From contig CM119371.1 in the NCBI GenBank assembly GCA_051294905.1, positions 36,892,001 to 36,956,000 on the forward strand: DNA of 64,000 bases, read 5' to 3'. A model generated the notes under the pieces. That model was given only the letters and a program-made list of their open reading frames with translations, was not told the DNA's origin and ran no database searches. Every line of letters starts with the position of its first letter. The first letter of the stretch is position 1. Origin of the DNA: Botryllus schlosseri. Taxonomy: Eukaryota. The translations under genes and the position numbers were made by a program. Positions 25,776 through 38,600 of the stretch are shown here, in pieces.

Positions 25776-27776
25776 CACTGTAAAAAAAAATTACCTTGAT
25801 TTACCGCGAAATGTTTGGAAGCACGGTAGCCAGACATTTCGTGGTAATGTAACATTGCCGTTAGTCAATGTAAATTTAACTTACACTCGTCCGGTAATCT
25901 CACTTTACATGCCAGACTGTAATGTTACAGTCACCTCCAGTATATCCAATCTACATGTTCTCCTGTACATTTGCGACCGAGACTGTAATTTTACCGCCTA
26001 CCTACATACATGCTGTCCCTGTAAATCAGGATTACATACCATACCTATCGCAAAACAACGCGATGCTAAAATATCGCAAAAGTTTCTTCACACTCCCAAA
26101 GCGACATTGGAACAAACTTTATATTCATTCATGATTCACGATGAAATGGTTATCGATGGAAAAGAATTGCGACTGGAAGTCTAATTCTTTTTTAGGAGAC
26201 ATGCAGTAACACGAGTGGTCTCAAGAAAACGTGAATTAATTCCACCACCGTCCAAACTTCCAATTGTTTCTTTTTCTCGTCCTCATTCTTTCTGTGTAAC
26301 TAGTATCTTGCAGTTTCACTAAAAAGAATTCATGCGTAAGTCGCTATATTAAGCAAAGTTCCTAACCTAGGTACGTGACATTATAAAGACTAAGACAAAT
26401 AGGCTAACAAAAATATAACATGTTTTGAAGTACCGGTACTGGCACATTGTATGATGACGACTCCGCCTTTTACATGATATAGCAGAGATTCATGACTTAC
26501 TTTATCTACGTATTGAAGCTAAAGGTTCCTCATTTGAGGTGGCATGTGTGGGCAGTGTAGCAAACAAATCCAACAGTGGATGAAAACATCTCTATGCTAT
26601 GGCCCAAAAATGATATTACCAAGCCAACAGTCTCAACTCCTCCGCGGCGGAGTATGTGGTCACTATATAAGTCGACATATATCCCAAAATAGAACAGAGA
26701 ATGCGGCGAATGAAATATTTCAATCATGAAATCAAAGTCATCAAAGGCTGGTGTGCAGAGTCAGATGTTCACGGTAACAAATATTACGTAGTACTGTACC
26801 TTTTACGATCCCATTCAGCATTCCTAGGAATCTTCAACGATCGTGTCCACTTTCTTCAAGCACAAGCTTCGCTCCACCCTTTGCTCAAATCTCAATAATG
26901 GCCAGACGACACTCGAACGATTTCGAAATAAGTGGTATTCATCCGCTGACATATGCCACCAACAATATTTACTGGCCACGCTATAATGTTTGATCAAGGT
27001 CGTTATTTCCATACAGAAACATTTATCATTACATATAGTCCATTTTTTTCAGCTAATTTCGTATAAATTGATGCTTATTGCATGTGTTGTTCACTACTTA
27101 CTGTACTTACTTAACCAGACGCTGCTTGTGATGTCACAGTTGTGCGTTGGTTGTTTACTACGAATCTCAGAATAAGCAGTAACGCGTAACGTTAACCTAG
27201 TGTACCTTATTACAGGTCGCCTTGTCCGCCATTAACAATGGTCAGCTGAGCATGCGGTGCTGATATTTCTAGTTTCCCGAACAATCGTATACATCCTAAA
27301 CTGATTTTTTTTAACTTATCAGCCTTATCCGTGACAACAAATGTAACCAGCGAGACCGGCCGTATAGCCATAGCCTTATAATATAATATAATGGCTATGG
27401 TGTATCACATTAGCTACGATTGTCAGTTGTTTCTTGTAGCCTACTATGTAGGTCTACTATACTTAAATTGGTACTAGGGCCAACAATTTCCGTATGACAG
27501 ACCCCATAGTCTCGCGAACGAGGTTGAATCAGGTCAAATCACCTGCAGCGATTTTGAAGCTAATCAATTTTGCCAATAGCCTGGTAAACTGCAGTAACGA
27601 GTAACTGTCAGTAATTTTGCGAAGAAATTTTGGTAACTTACTTCACAGCTAAATTAAGGTAATATTGCATATCAAAATGTAAAATTACAAGCTACGCCCA
27701 GTAATAGGCTGCGACCGGTAATTCGTTGCAAAATTTACAGAGATTTCCCAGTAAATCTACCAGATTTTTTACAGTG
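25776..27776. mobile_element. CACTG-terminated (CMC/EnSpm-like) non-autonomous element
   Basis: CACTGTAAAAAA...TTTTTTACAGTG with a 2-bp TG duplication; GTAA/TTAC-rich subterminal regions. Confidence 0.75.
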
Positions 27777-28757
27777 TGGTGTCATTTTATTATAGAGTGT
27801 TTTGTGAGTAAGTATTTTAATGCGAAGATTAATTAAGTCAATTAACATGAGTATAATTAAAATTTATCTTCAGTAATAGGCCTACTCATAAGGATTGAGG
27901 CGTCTGTGTTTCCATGGCAGTCAAAATATAGGCTACCGTGGGCCTACAATGCCTCACTTGCTACATCGATGTTGAACACCTTGGGCAGAAGTCGACTGTT
28001 GGTTGCTATCTTCTAAAAGTATTTCAATACAATTTATTTTAATAGCATATTTGTTGAGAACCAACAGGGCTAGCGACATATTCCACCGTAGACCATACAA
28101 AGTATCTCTGCAGACCCCTTGCTGCACGGGCCTGTTTTGTATTGTAATGAGCTAATAAAAAGAAGTTTCATTTGGCATGCGGAAAAGGCTCGCGAAAATT
28201 CGCGATATAAAAGGAGAAAGATACACAACGAAGAGCAATGGCGATGGGCAACATTCGTGTCGGCAATAGAGTGACTAAACTTCACTAGTAGTATAAATTT
28301 CAGAGATATATCAAAACTATACTCCAAGTGGAAGCGGAAAATGAAAGTAAGCATACTCAAGTTAGCAGTTTCAAAAACTAAATTTGGTCGAGAGGTCACA
28401 TGCTTGTAGCACTGAATGGGTATAGCGACCAAATTTCAGAATTGCAAGATGTAGCCTATCTTCACGACAAATGCTAAATTGCTATTGACTCAACAACTAT
28501 AGGTAGATCGTATATCCCAAAACTAGGTTCAACTTCCTGAAATCCAAATTGTAAAAAGCAGACATGTAAGTAGCCTAAAACATAACAAACCAATTTGAGT
28601 ACTCAGGAAAATTAGAAGTACCGTACATCGTTACTCTTCGGATAACATATCCGCAATTTTTTATCCAAGGCAATATACTTTGTAGGTATTTCTAGCACGA
28701 ATTTTATGAGTAGGCCTACCATTGTTAAAGAGCGTGGCCTATATATACTTCCTCAAA

Positions 28758-30727
28758 TCAACACAAATTGTATTTAGCTAAGAGCGAAATTGTCTGATGG
28801 GGCTCCTCTATGTTTTCAAATGCTTTGTTCCCTGTTAAGGGATCAACGTAGTCGCGAAATAGCATTTCGTTCAATGATACGTATCCTTGTTTTGCTGCAA
28901 TCCGTTGAACGTAATAGCTTGGAGATATTGCCAAAACCGTATCGTAACCCTTTTCACAGGCGATCGTTTCCATTCTAAGCAAAATGAATGTAGTTTTAGA
29001 TGACACAATAAGAGGTTATGAGTATAACTATTTGAGGACTCGATTTCAAATGAAGCATCAGTTGTAATGATCCGTTTCGAGCATAGTGATATCGAACTAA
29101 TCGAGTTGAGTGAATTAAACTGCATATGAACTATGCAATCATATAGGTCATGCATTGGTTGCTTTGGCGTGACGTGTGACATTATTATATCCGGTAGAAA
29201 TACCACTCATTTTCGGATAGATGTACCGAGGTAATTTACCTTTATAATTATAATTGTCGAAACTTGCAAGTTAGCGTTTGGTTCACTATCACTAGGCATA
29301 ACGACAGCGTATACGAAGCGCTACCTTTTAAACAACTCCGTAGCTATTCCTCTTCCCGCGTGTCTTATTTGACAGGCCAATCCTTCGATAAAGAAATAGT
29401 CCTTGTCACCTGTGATGCCATTTATTCCTTCGGAAGGCAACAATGATCGCAGACACTATAAATATAAAGGAACTGATGCAAGAGCAAATCCGGATGTACC
29501 GGCCTGCGGATCAGTGCTCTGATATGTAGATATGCTTTAACCAATAAATCAATATGTGCACTTAAATAAGCTTAATATTAAATGAATATCAAGTGATATG
29601 TAACACTATACTTATATAGGCTACATGCATGACTTGTCTTATTCGAAAGTCTATTCTTCCATCATCCCGGTTTTGATAAAGTTGGCTCGGATTTCCTATT
29701 GTGCCCATTGCGATCGCAACCAAGTCATTTGTGCGTCTTTCGAAAGCACCAACACTTCGCCCGTCCTCCACAGCGTCCTACATAATGTTATAATATAGTT
29801 GCGGCAGCGTTCTGATCTGCTATTACAATCATATTATCAAACTTTACTCAAATAGAAGTAAACATATGTCGATATCAACAAGGTAGCATATTGTCGTGGA
29901 GTGTAATACAAATACGGTTCTACGAGCAGTAGATTCTTAGTTCGAGCCCCGAAAACATGCTTGTAAAACTGCATGGTATTCACGACCTCACCGTCAAGCG
30001 ATATTACTGTGGAATCGCATGGAGAGCAAAATCATCGACATCATCGAGAAGTAGGTTTATTTTAAGACGAAATTAAACATTACTTCTTTCTATACCGGAT
30101 TTTCGTTAAATACTGTTCACTATATATTCACCATACATCGACAAAGCTGCAAGGCTCATATAGCATATAGCCTGTAAATAGCCATCAAATTTAGGCTTCA
30201 GGCTTTTCACGATGTATGCGGTGCAGGCTTTAAGGGTTGTAGACCTACGTTCTACAGGACCATTTCTGGCCAATACATTCGGCGATGGTGCGCATTTTCA
30301 CAATAGTAAACATAAGGGGATATAGTGTCAGTATCAGTTGAGATTTTAAATGTTGTCCAAGTATTCATTGGTGATTAGGCTACGTTGAGATAACGAAGAC
30401 TAAACTTGGCCACTGCGAATGCTGTGCCTATTTTCTTTTTTCGTATTCATGTAATGCCCCAAATCGTACGCCATTGCGAGTTAGCGTGACTTACCTATGA
30501 ACGAATCCTATATAAGGGTTCGTTTGAATACGTGTCCTGTGGTGACTTACGTGTGCTGTGGTGACTCTGGCTGCGCTCAACTCCTTCGATTGGAGTCCCA
30601 AGCACGAATCAATGGGGCTGCTGTTCATATAAACCTCCCCCAAGACATTTAACATGTCAGCTACGTCCTCCTTCCGAAGAATCCGGAATTCGTACTCTGG
30701 CAATAGTGAGCTTCGATTGCCATCCAT
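28758..30727 (-). CDS. GNAT N-acetyltransferase, insect-type arylalkylamine N-acetyltransferase (AANAT)-like, 4 exons, about 222-225 aa
   Basis: Exons 30727-30551, 29777-29634 (or 29625), 29455-29325 and 28974-28758; GT-AG introns with matching phases 0,0,2. Motifs YEFRILRKED, SVGAFERRTNDLVAIAM, acetyl-CoA motif A FIEGLACQIRHAGRGIATELFK, and SYYVQRIAAKQGY...DYVDP..G..AF....PH. Confidence 0.85.
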
Positions 30728-31427
30728 ATAACTAGAAACACACAAACCTATTCAAATTGCACAGGAATGCAGTCGAACTGAAATAAAATGGAGTCCGAGG
30801 GTTTATTTACTTCCTTTTTGTCTCTTAATACCAACAACTAACATGTAACACCCTGATTATACGAATACGAACTCTGTCGGAAATCTAGATATGAAAATTG
30901 TAATAGCATGTATCGAAGCGTTGCGTTGGAATATTGAAAGTGGAAGACATTGTCACTATATTTTGATAATCTGCTCAAGATACCTTCAGATACCAATCAA
31001 CATCATACCAGATTTTCTTCTAACTTTCTCTGTCTGTGCAACACCACTCTACCAGTCTACAGTACAAAATTCAATATAAGTTTTATTGGTTTCAATGTTG
31101 AGAATAAGCTGCCACCGAATCGCCGTAATTTAGACTCTTGTGCTTTTAAAAAAATAATGTTTTCATTCTCTTATCTCCAACTACCGCTAAATTTGTATTT
31201 GCATTGTATTTCGAATTGGTCAATGATACTGTGTCTTTGTTTTTCTTTTCGTTCGTTAGTTAATTTTATTTTATTTTATTACTTATCGACTGTTAAAATT
31301 ACTCCTGTCCTGGGTGGTTCGGCTCTGAAGACTTTATCATATCGAGCCTCCCGTCTACCTAGCATGTCGCATTTCACTGTTACATTTTTGTAGTGTAACG
31401 TTGATATGTAATGTATACGAAGAACGA

Positions 31428-31465
31428 TTCTCTCTCTCTCTCCATCTCTCTCTCTCTCTCTCTCT
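31428..31465. repeat. (TC)n microsatellite
   Basis: Direct sequence, one interruption. Confidence 0.9.
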
Positions 31466-33088
31466 GATTAGTTTCGTTCGCCGAGTTACCATGGTATTGC
31501 TTGATAAACAATAGTCATTTAGCAAACTTTCAATTCTTCTTTTGTCAGACTACTATACTGGCAAGAGAAACAGCATAACTGGTAGTAGGCTAATATAAGA
31601 GAGCCTACTTTACACTAGGAAACCATCACACATTGACTAAGTATGACTATGTGGTATAGGTATATTTTGTAAGTGACCAGTGCTAAAATAATTCTGGTAA
31701 GCACGCTGGAGCATACGTTGATATATCGACTCTACGCGGTCAATTCAGTCGAAGCAATGCAATATCGACCGACCTAACAATTGCAATGTCATCGTATTAG
31801 ACTCAATTGATTCTACCGCCTCCACGAAAAGGCTCAATACAAAGACGTTGTGCCGTGCAGATTAGTCATACCATGGTCATAAGGCCATACAATGACTGCC
31901 TTTCGATCCTAACTCACATCGTCCCGACTCCCAATAAGCGCAACAGTGGCTTCGTGCGGTTTGGAAATGTTTAATTGAACTCACAGTTGTTCTCAACGTG
32001 CTTGACGCGGGCCCCATGGCCCATCGCAACAAAATCGCTCGCCCCCTTATTGTCTAATGAAAAGGTATTGAGAAGAGCACAGGGAAATTTCAATTAAAAC
32101 GCATGACATCCTAATGTCAGGGGTCGGGAACCTTTTTCACCAACAAGCTATATTAGTTCTGTATTTTCATTTGCAATCTCAAAGATCCATACAGCGATGC
32201 CAATACACAACTGTTTTCTGTAAGCCCAGGGGGTGCGGTAGCCAAGAGGTTGCATAAATGAGGAGGTGAGTATCCATATCCGCAGAGAACATGAGGAGGT
32301 TTCAAAGATGTCGTTGAAATGCAAAGTGACGCGTCGGCAAAGCGTTGTGATTCCGAGCACTACATTTGACGCGAAATAATGGCACGGAGTGTGAAGCCAC
32401 CTAAAACCGGCTTCTCACGGTGAGACCGAGTTTATGTATCAGTTCCACTGCGGCCACTGCCCGATAGCTTCAATAACTTCTTAACCTCGGTATCAAAAGT
32501 GCATAAGTACGACACACGCGCGCCCACGCCGTCCAACTACGACATATGGCAGACAAAAATAAGAACATCGCTCTCTCAAATATGCCAGAAGACCTGATTT
32601 TTGGAACATGCTGTATCTCGCTGGCTATCCGACAGTCATCGAGCATGTCCTGTCCACATTCAAGTTGAAATACAGAGACTTTCTATTGAATAGATACTAG
32701 TTAATCCTCTAGTTTACTGGACCAGTACCTGACATATCGATCTCGTCTTCCGACACATGGCACCATTTTTCGTTACTTGTCCTTTTCTATTATCTTCTTT
32801 TACTTTTCATTCGATGTGCAACTGTGCATGCCTCCTTTTTTACATCGCAAAGCCTAGGCCAGGTGGGTGTCTGATTTCGAAGATTACTCAAAGTCGTATC
32901 GACACCCTCCTAAATTCAATTGTGTGACAGTCTTGTGGTGTATTGAAATGATGAAAATTGTATAAATAAATGTCAAATACGCGGTTAACATTCGATAGTA
33001 TCAATTGCATTGCTTCACACCAAGTGCTTCACATGACATACTGTTGTGCTTCACATTACCACAAATATTTTGTTTGGCAGAACAGAGT

Positions 33089-34295
33089 CAGTGTTTTCAA
33101 TTTAGCGATTTTCGCGCTAGATCTAGCGATTTTTCATCCGGTTTAGCGCCAAAAAATATGGATCTAGCGCCTAGCGATAAATCTAGCGATTATTGAAGAA
33201 GTATTTAGCGATTATTTAGCGCTTTTTTACCGAAAATAACCACTAATGACCAGTTCTGGCTGACGACTGCATTGGCTATACCGGTCACCAGAGTGCGGAC
33301 TCCGATGATATATAATTATAGATTAATACCTGCCGATCGGTAGTAGTAGATACGCAACTCCTAGCGGTTACGCATGGGCAAACAGTGTCTCTTCTTGCTG
33401 AGTAATCTAAAAGTAGCATAGTTGGCAGTGCTAAAACTGGCGACCTGAACGCTCAAGTTTAATATAATTGGCCAATGGCCATAAACGAAAGATAGTGTCG
33501 CAGTGATTTCGAAAATACAAAATAAAATCTCGTCCGGACAATGGAACCATGCACCCCGAAACAGCCCTCAAAGTTTGAAAACCGGCATTATTGCTCCAAC
33601 AATGGCACCGCCGCAACACGGTGAACATAACAATGACCAATTTCGTCCAGCGATTGTTCTTATCAATGCCGATTTCCAGACTTTGGGGACTGTTTTGAGG
33701 TTGCTCCAATGTCTGGTCATTCGTTTAAGGCCAGATTAATTACATTTCATACACCGGGTTGGTCCTCGGATTATTTTCTTAAGGTCTCTACTTATAGTGG
33801 AAAACAAACCCGTTTCAACGTCGTGTTGTGACGGGTCAAGTCGTATGTCGTGTCCACGTGTGTCAAGTCGCATGTCGTGTTCAAGTAGGCCAACTCCAAC
33901 ACAGTTTAGAGAAGAAGTCAAGCGCATAACCACGGTACATCGCATCACGTATTCACGGACGCATCGAGTAAGGCACGCTGATATAGTGAGCGGTTATGCC
34001 TGCAAACCTGGTCAGTGTTCACGGTATAGCGATCGTTGCGCAAAGCGATCTGCTTTATCGAAATGCACTGCCGTTTTGTCCCGCTTAGATATGACTATTA
34101 CGTATTATGAACTATAAATACGATAAGTGACTTTGGCCCCAGACGAGTAAAATATAGCTGAGAAGAATATATCGATATAATGGTTCAATTTAACACCTTT
34201 AGCACCTTTTGCAGATTTAGCGCTTTTTTCTCAATATTTAGCGCTATCTAGCGATTTTTGACACCAGTTTTAGCGATCCGGAGTTGGCAACACTG
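33089..34295 (+). mobile_element. hAT non-autonomous element, family G, copy 1
   Basis: CAGTGTTTTCAA...TTGGCAACACTG; TAGCGAT subterminal repeats; TSD AGAACAG(AG)T/AGAACAGT. Confidence 0.88.
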
Positions 34296-34318
34296 AGAAC
34301 AGTTGCTAGCCTGGTGTC

Positions 34319-35529
34319 CAGTGTTGCCGATTTAGCGATTTTCGCGCTAGATCTAGCGATTTTTCATCCGGTTTAGCGCCAAAAAATATGGATCTAGCGC
34401 CTAGCGATAAATCTAGCGATTTTTGAAAAGTATTTAGCGCTTTTTTACCGAAAATAACTAATAAAAATCAGTTCTGACCGACGACGGCATTGACTTTACC
34501 GGCCACCAGAGTGCGGATTACGATGATAAATTATAGATTACTAACCTACGGATAGATACGCAACTCCCGGCGGTTACGCATGGGCAAAAAGTCTCTCTTC
34601 TTGCTGAGTAATTTAAAAGTAGCATAATTGACAGTGCTACATCTGGCGACCTGAGCGCTGAGATTTAATAAAATTGGTCTTGATCGAAAGGTAGTGTCGC
34701 AGTGATTTCGAAAATACAAATTAAAATCTCGTCAGGACAATGGAACCACCCCGAAACAGCCCTAAAAGTGTGAAAACCGGCATTGCTCCAACAATGGCAC
34801 CATCGCAACACAATGAACATAACAATGACCAATTTCGTCCAGCGATTTTTCTGATCAATGCCGACTTTGGGGGCTGTTTTGAGGTCGCTCCATTGTCTTG
34901 ACAAGAATTTAATTCGTATTGCCGTAATCAGTGTGACACTAGCTTTTGTTTAAGACCAGTTTAATTAAATTTCATACCCCGGGTTGGTCCTCGGAATATT
35001 TCCTTCAAGGCCTCCACTTATAGTCGCTGGCAAACTCGGTTCAAGTCGTGTTGTGTCTGGTCAACTCGTATGTCGTGTACAAGTGTGTCAAGTCGCATGT
35101 CGTGTTCAAGTAGCCTACCCCAACACAGTTCAGAGATGTCAAGCGCATTTCCAAGGTACATCGCATCACGTATTCACGGACGCATCGAGCAAGGCACGCT
35201 CATATAGTGAGCGGTTATGCTTGCAAACCTGGTCAGTGGTGACGCAGAGCGATCATTGCGCAAAGCGATCTGCTTTATAGAAATGCACTGCACGTTTTGT
35301 CCCGCTTAGAGATGGCTCGTACGTATTATTAACAGGAAATATGATAAGTGACTTAGGACCCAGACGAGTAAAATATAGTTGAGAAGAATGTATTGATATT
35401 ATGGTTCAATTTAACACCTTTAGCAATCAATGCAGATTTAGCGCTATTTTTTAGCGCTTTTTTCTCAATATCTAGCGATTTTTAACACCAGTTTTAGCGA
35501 TTTTCTTCCATCCGGAGTTGGCAACACTG
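34319..35529 (+). mobile_element. hAT non-autonomous element, family G, copy 2
   Basis: CAGTGTTGCC...GGCAACACTG; perfect TSD CTGGTGTC (34311-34318, 35530-35537); colinear with copy 1. Confidence 0.92.
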
Positions 35530-35614
35530 CTGGTGTCGCTGACGCCGAATTTTCGCAGTTTCAGCATCTTCAGCAACTCTGCTAATACGTGAGCAACGTG
35601 ACTATAAATTAACT

Positions 35615-38600
35615 ATGCCACTGCATCAACCCCTTACAGCGGTGGTGCTTGACATAGGGCAGGCATATACGAAAGTTGGGATTGCTGGGGAACCTGCGCC
35701 GCGTGCCATCGTCCCCACAGTTCTTAAAATCCATGGTGAGTTCAGAGTTGACGAATGTCGAATTGTGCCACTAGATTACTCGGGAAGTACTTTTTGGTTG
35801 TGCTTTTTAATCTGTTTGTATCCCCTTATTGTGCCGATGACTCGTGAAAAGAAGCAGCCGGAACGAAAGTAGTTTTCAATAAAACACCCACCTTTGGACT
35901 TGGAGTTTAACATGTAAAATAAGAGTGATCTGAATTTATAGTATATAGGCCTATACAACATAAAAATGACAATTAGCGCTGAACATAAAGTTACATGTTT
36001 CGGTAAGCGAAATAAATATGTCAGATCTTGGTCCAGTAATCTCGAGTGCCTGATCAGTAGAATGTGTATTGTTCAGATGCTCGACAACTGACTGAATGTC
36101 TGCAAATTAGTGTTACACTGTCTTACACAGTTGTGGTCCGTCAAACTGGTAAAACGATGGGTTCTCTTATGCTAAACAATGTAAATAGGCTACATATAGT
36201 AATTGGACAATAAGGAGGCATGCATATATTGTACTTGCCTGTTCTGGATTCCGAGGCGAAATATATAATTTGTTCAGTATTCATTAGTGAACTGTTGGTA
36301 GCACATCTAGGCCCATTTGAGGCTCAAGCAAAGATACGGTGAATCTGATAATAATATTTTGCAATTGGCTAAAGTGCCTTTTTACTGGCTGCAGCGCAGC
36401 AGAGAATGCCAACTTTGTAACAGTATAATTTACTGATCCTTAACCTGTACTAACATCATGGCGAACCCTTCTGCAAGCCTGCTGCGAACCCCAAATGTTG
36501 TCCTAGTGACAAAAACAAAAATCTGGACTCCCGCATTATTACCTGCGCAAAATGTACGGTACGGTACATCAACAACAGTGTTAAAAGAACATAACCATCA
36601 AAACATGATTTTCAAACTAAGCAATAATATGATCATAAATATTCAATTCAGATCAAGTGTCACTTCTGCTCTGTGAGTCGGGTGTGTGTGTCTGGACGAC
36701 GAGTTAACCCCTGGGTACCCCTGCTGACTGCTGAGAACCACTGTCACTGGTCTAATACCTGTGTATTTTTCAGGTCATCAAGATGAACCGTTGCTTGCTG
36801 ATATCTTTGAGACGCCCAAAATCGACAAGAAGCTGCTTATCAGGAAGTTGAAGACGTTTTTCGAATATTTATACTTCAAATTTCTTCAAGTCAACCCGAA
36901 AAACCGTAGGGTCATCGTTTGCGAATCTTTCGCCAATCCGACTGTATTTCGGGAATCTATCGCAGAAGTGCTGTTGATTCATTTTAGCGTGAGTATTTTG
37001 ATACCATTCCCCAGGCCTCCTCTAGTTCTCCAGGCAGTGGAATATCAGTCAGCTTTCAGCAATGAATTGCGCTGTATGATAGCATGCTGACTGTGATATG
37101 TGATGCTCGTTCATTTTATATTTATCTTCTTGTTGCAGGCACCATCCATCTTATTCGCACCACATCACTTACTAACCAGTTACACTGTTGCTGCCGATAC
37201 TGCGTTGGTATTGGATAGCTCTGAGTACGAATCGGTCGCATTGCCGATCATTGAAGGCACCCCGATATTATGGGCATGGCGTTCCGCTCCTGTGAGTAAT
37301 TGCAACCTTGTAACTGTTATTGTATCTATGGTTCTGAATTTATTTTCATCTATGCACCTTCCTAAAACTAGAATTAGGAATATAATATTATTGTACTGAA
37401 ACGCTACAATATTATTAGTTTTTCGCTGTAATATGTAAAGAAAGCCTCTGTTAAGATAACTAAATTATCTGTCCATGTTATGCTAGTAGAAGAACTACTA
37501 AATATAACTGGTGCACTTTATTTGTTTGTTGTTTTCTTCTCTTTGTGTTCTTTATTATGTACCGGTATGTCATGTTTTGGGCAAGTTTTTGTTGAAGTCA
37601 AATCCTTGGAAAGCTGCACTTATTTTTTGCAAAAGTTCCACTAAAAAGTTTCATTTATGGACAAGTTCCTCGAAATTATTAGGGTATGAGACACTCAAAT
37701 CGTATCAATCGTGTCAAAAGCACCGTAGCAAAACTCAATGTTGGCGACTTCAACAAAATCAATAGCCTGAAAAAATTGGCCCGGTGATAATATAATTTTC
37801 GGCGGTCTAGCCTGAATGTACGTCAAATCAGAAAGGACCTCAAATTTGAACGATGGTGAAATAATCAAACGATTTATTTACATTTAGTGCCGCATATTTC
37901 CAGTAAAAAGTTGGTTGCATAATAAATCAAAAAGAGTTCCATGAAGAAATGAAGAAAAGTTGCAATTTAAGATTCCTCCAACAGCTTAAAACACCATACT
38001 ACCCAAATTCTGAGTATTCAGGAAGCTGCTGGAAATTGTAAAAATAAGTTGCAGAAGCTGCAAAAACTTGGTCTAGTCATGTTAAATTATGGGCACCAAG
38101 CCTCGATGACAGTAAGAGTCGTCCTGCGGTCCATCTATGGCATTTATTTGATTACCAAACTGAACTCTCTCTATCTCTTCTGTGAAAAAACGTAGATCAT
38201 TTTGCATTCCGTAGGCCTATTAACCGACAAAGTTGTCCTGTCCATGTCCATGAGAATGAATTCTGGTCTTATATGAACTGAGCTCAATTTATGTTTTATT
38301 TATTTCTAATGTGAAATTTAATTCAATCTCCAAGCTGTCGACAATTCAATGATTCTCATTGTAATCTACTTTTGGTAGCTACATGATATTAATTCTAATA
38401 TCATTTGTAAAAGCTGTTCAACTCTCCTTGACAGCTTGCGGGACGCGCCATACACCGACAGATTCAAACTTTCATCCGGGCCGGCGGGCTGATGCAGACG
38501 CAAGACGGAAATCCCGTGAAAATAACGGAAGACCTCCCGCATTCAGTCATACAAGACATCAGGGTTTGTACAGGACAGCCAGCGGTGTTCAGATCAGTAG

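Noticed and set aside
33089..35529. Tandem segmental duplication or LTR pair
   Set aside because: Each unit has its own TIRs and its own TSD; no TG...CA ends, primer-binding site or internal region.
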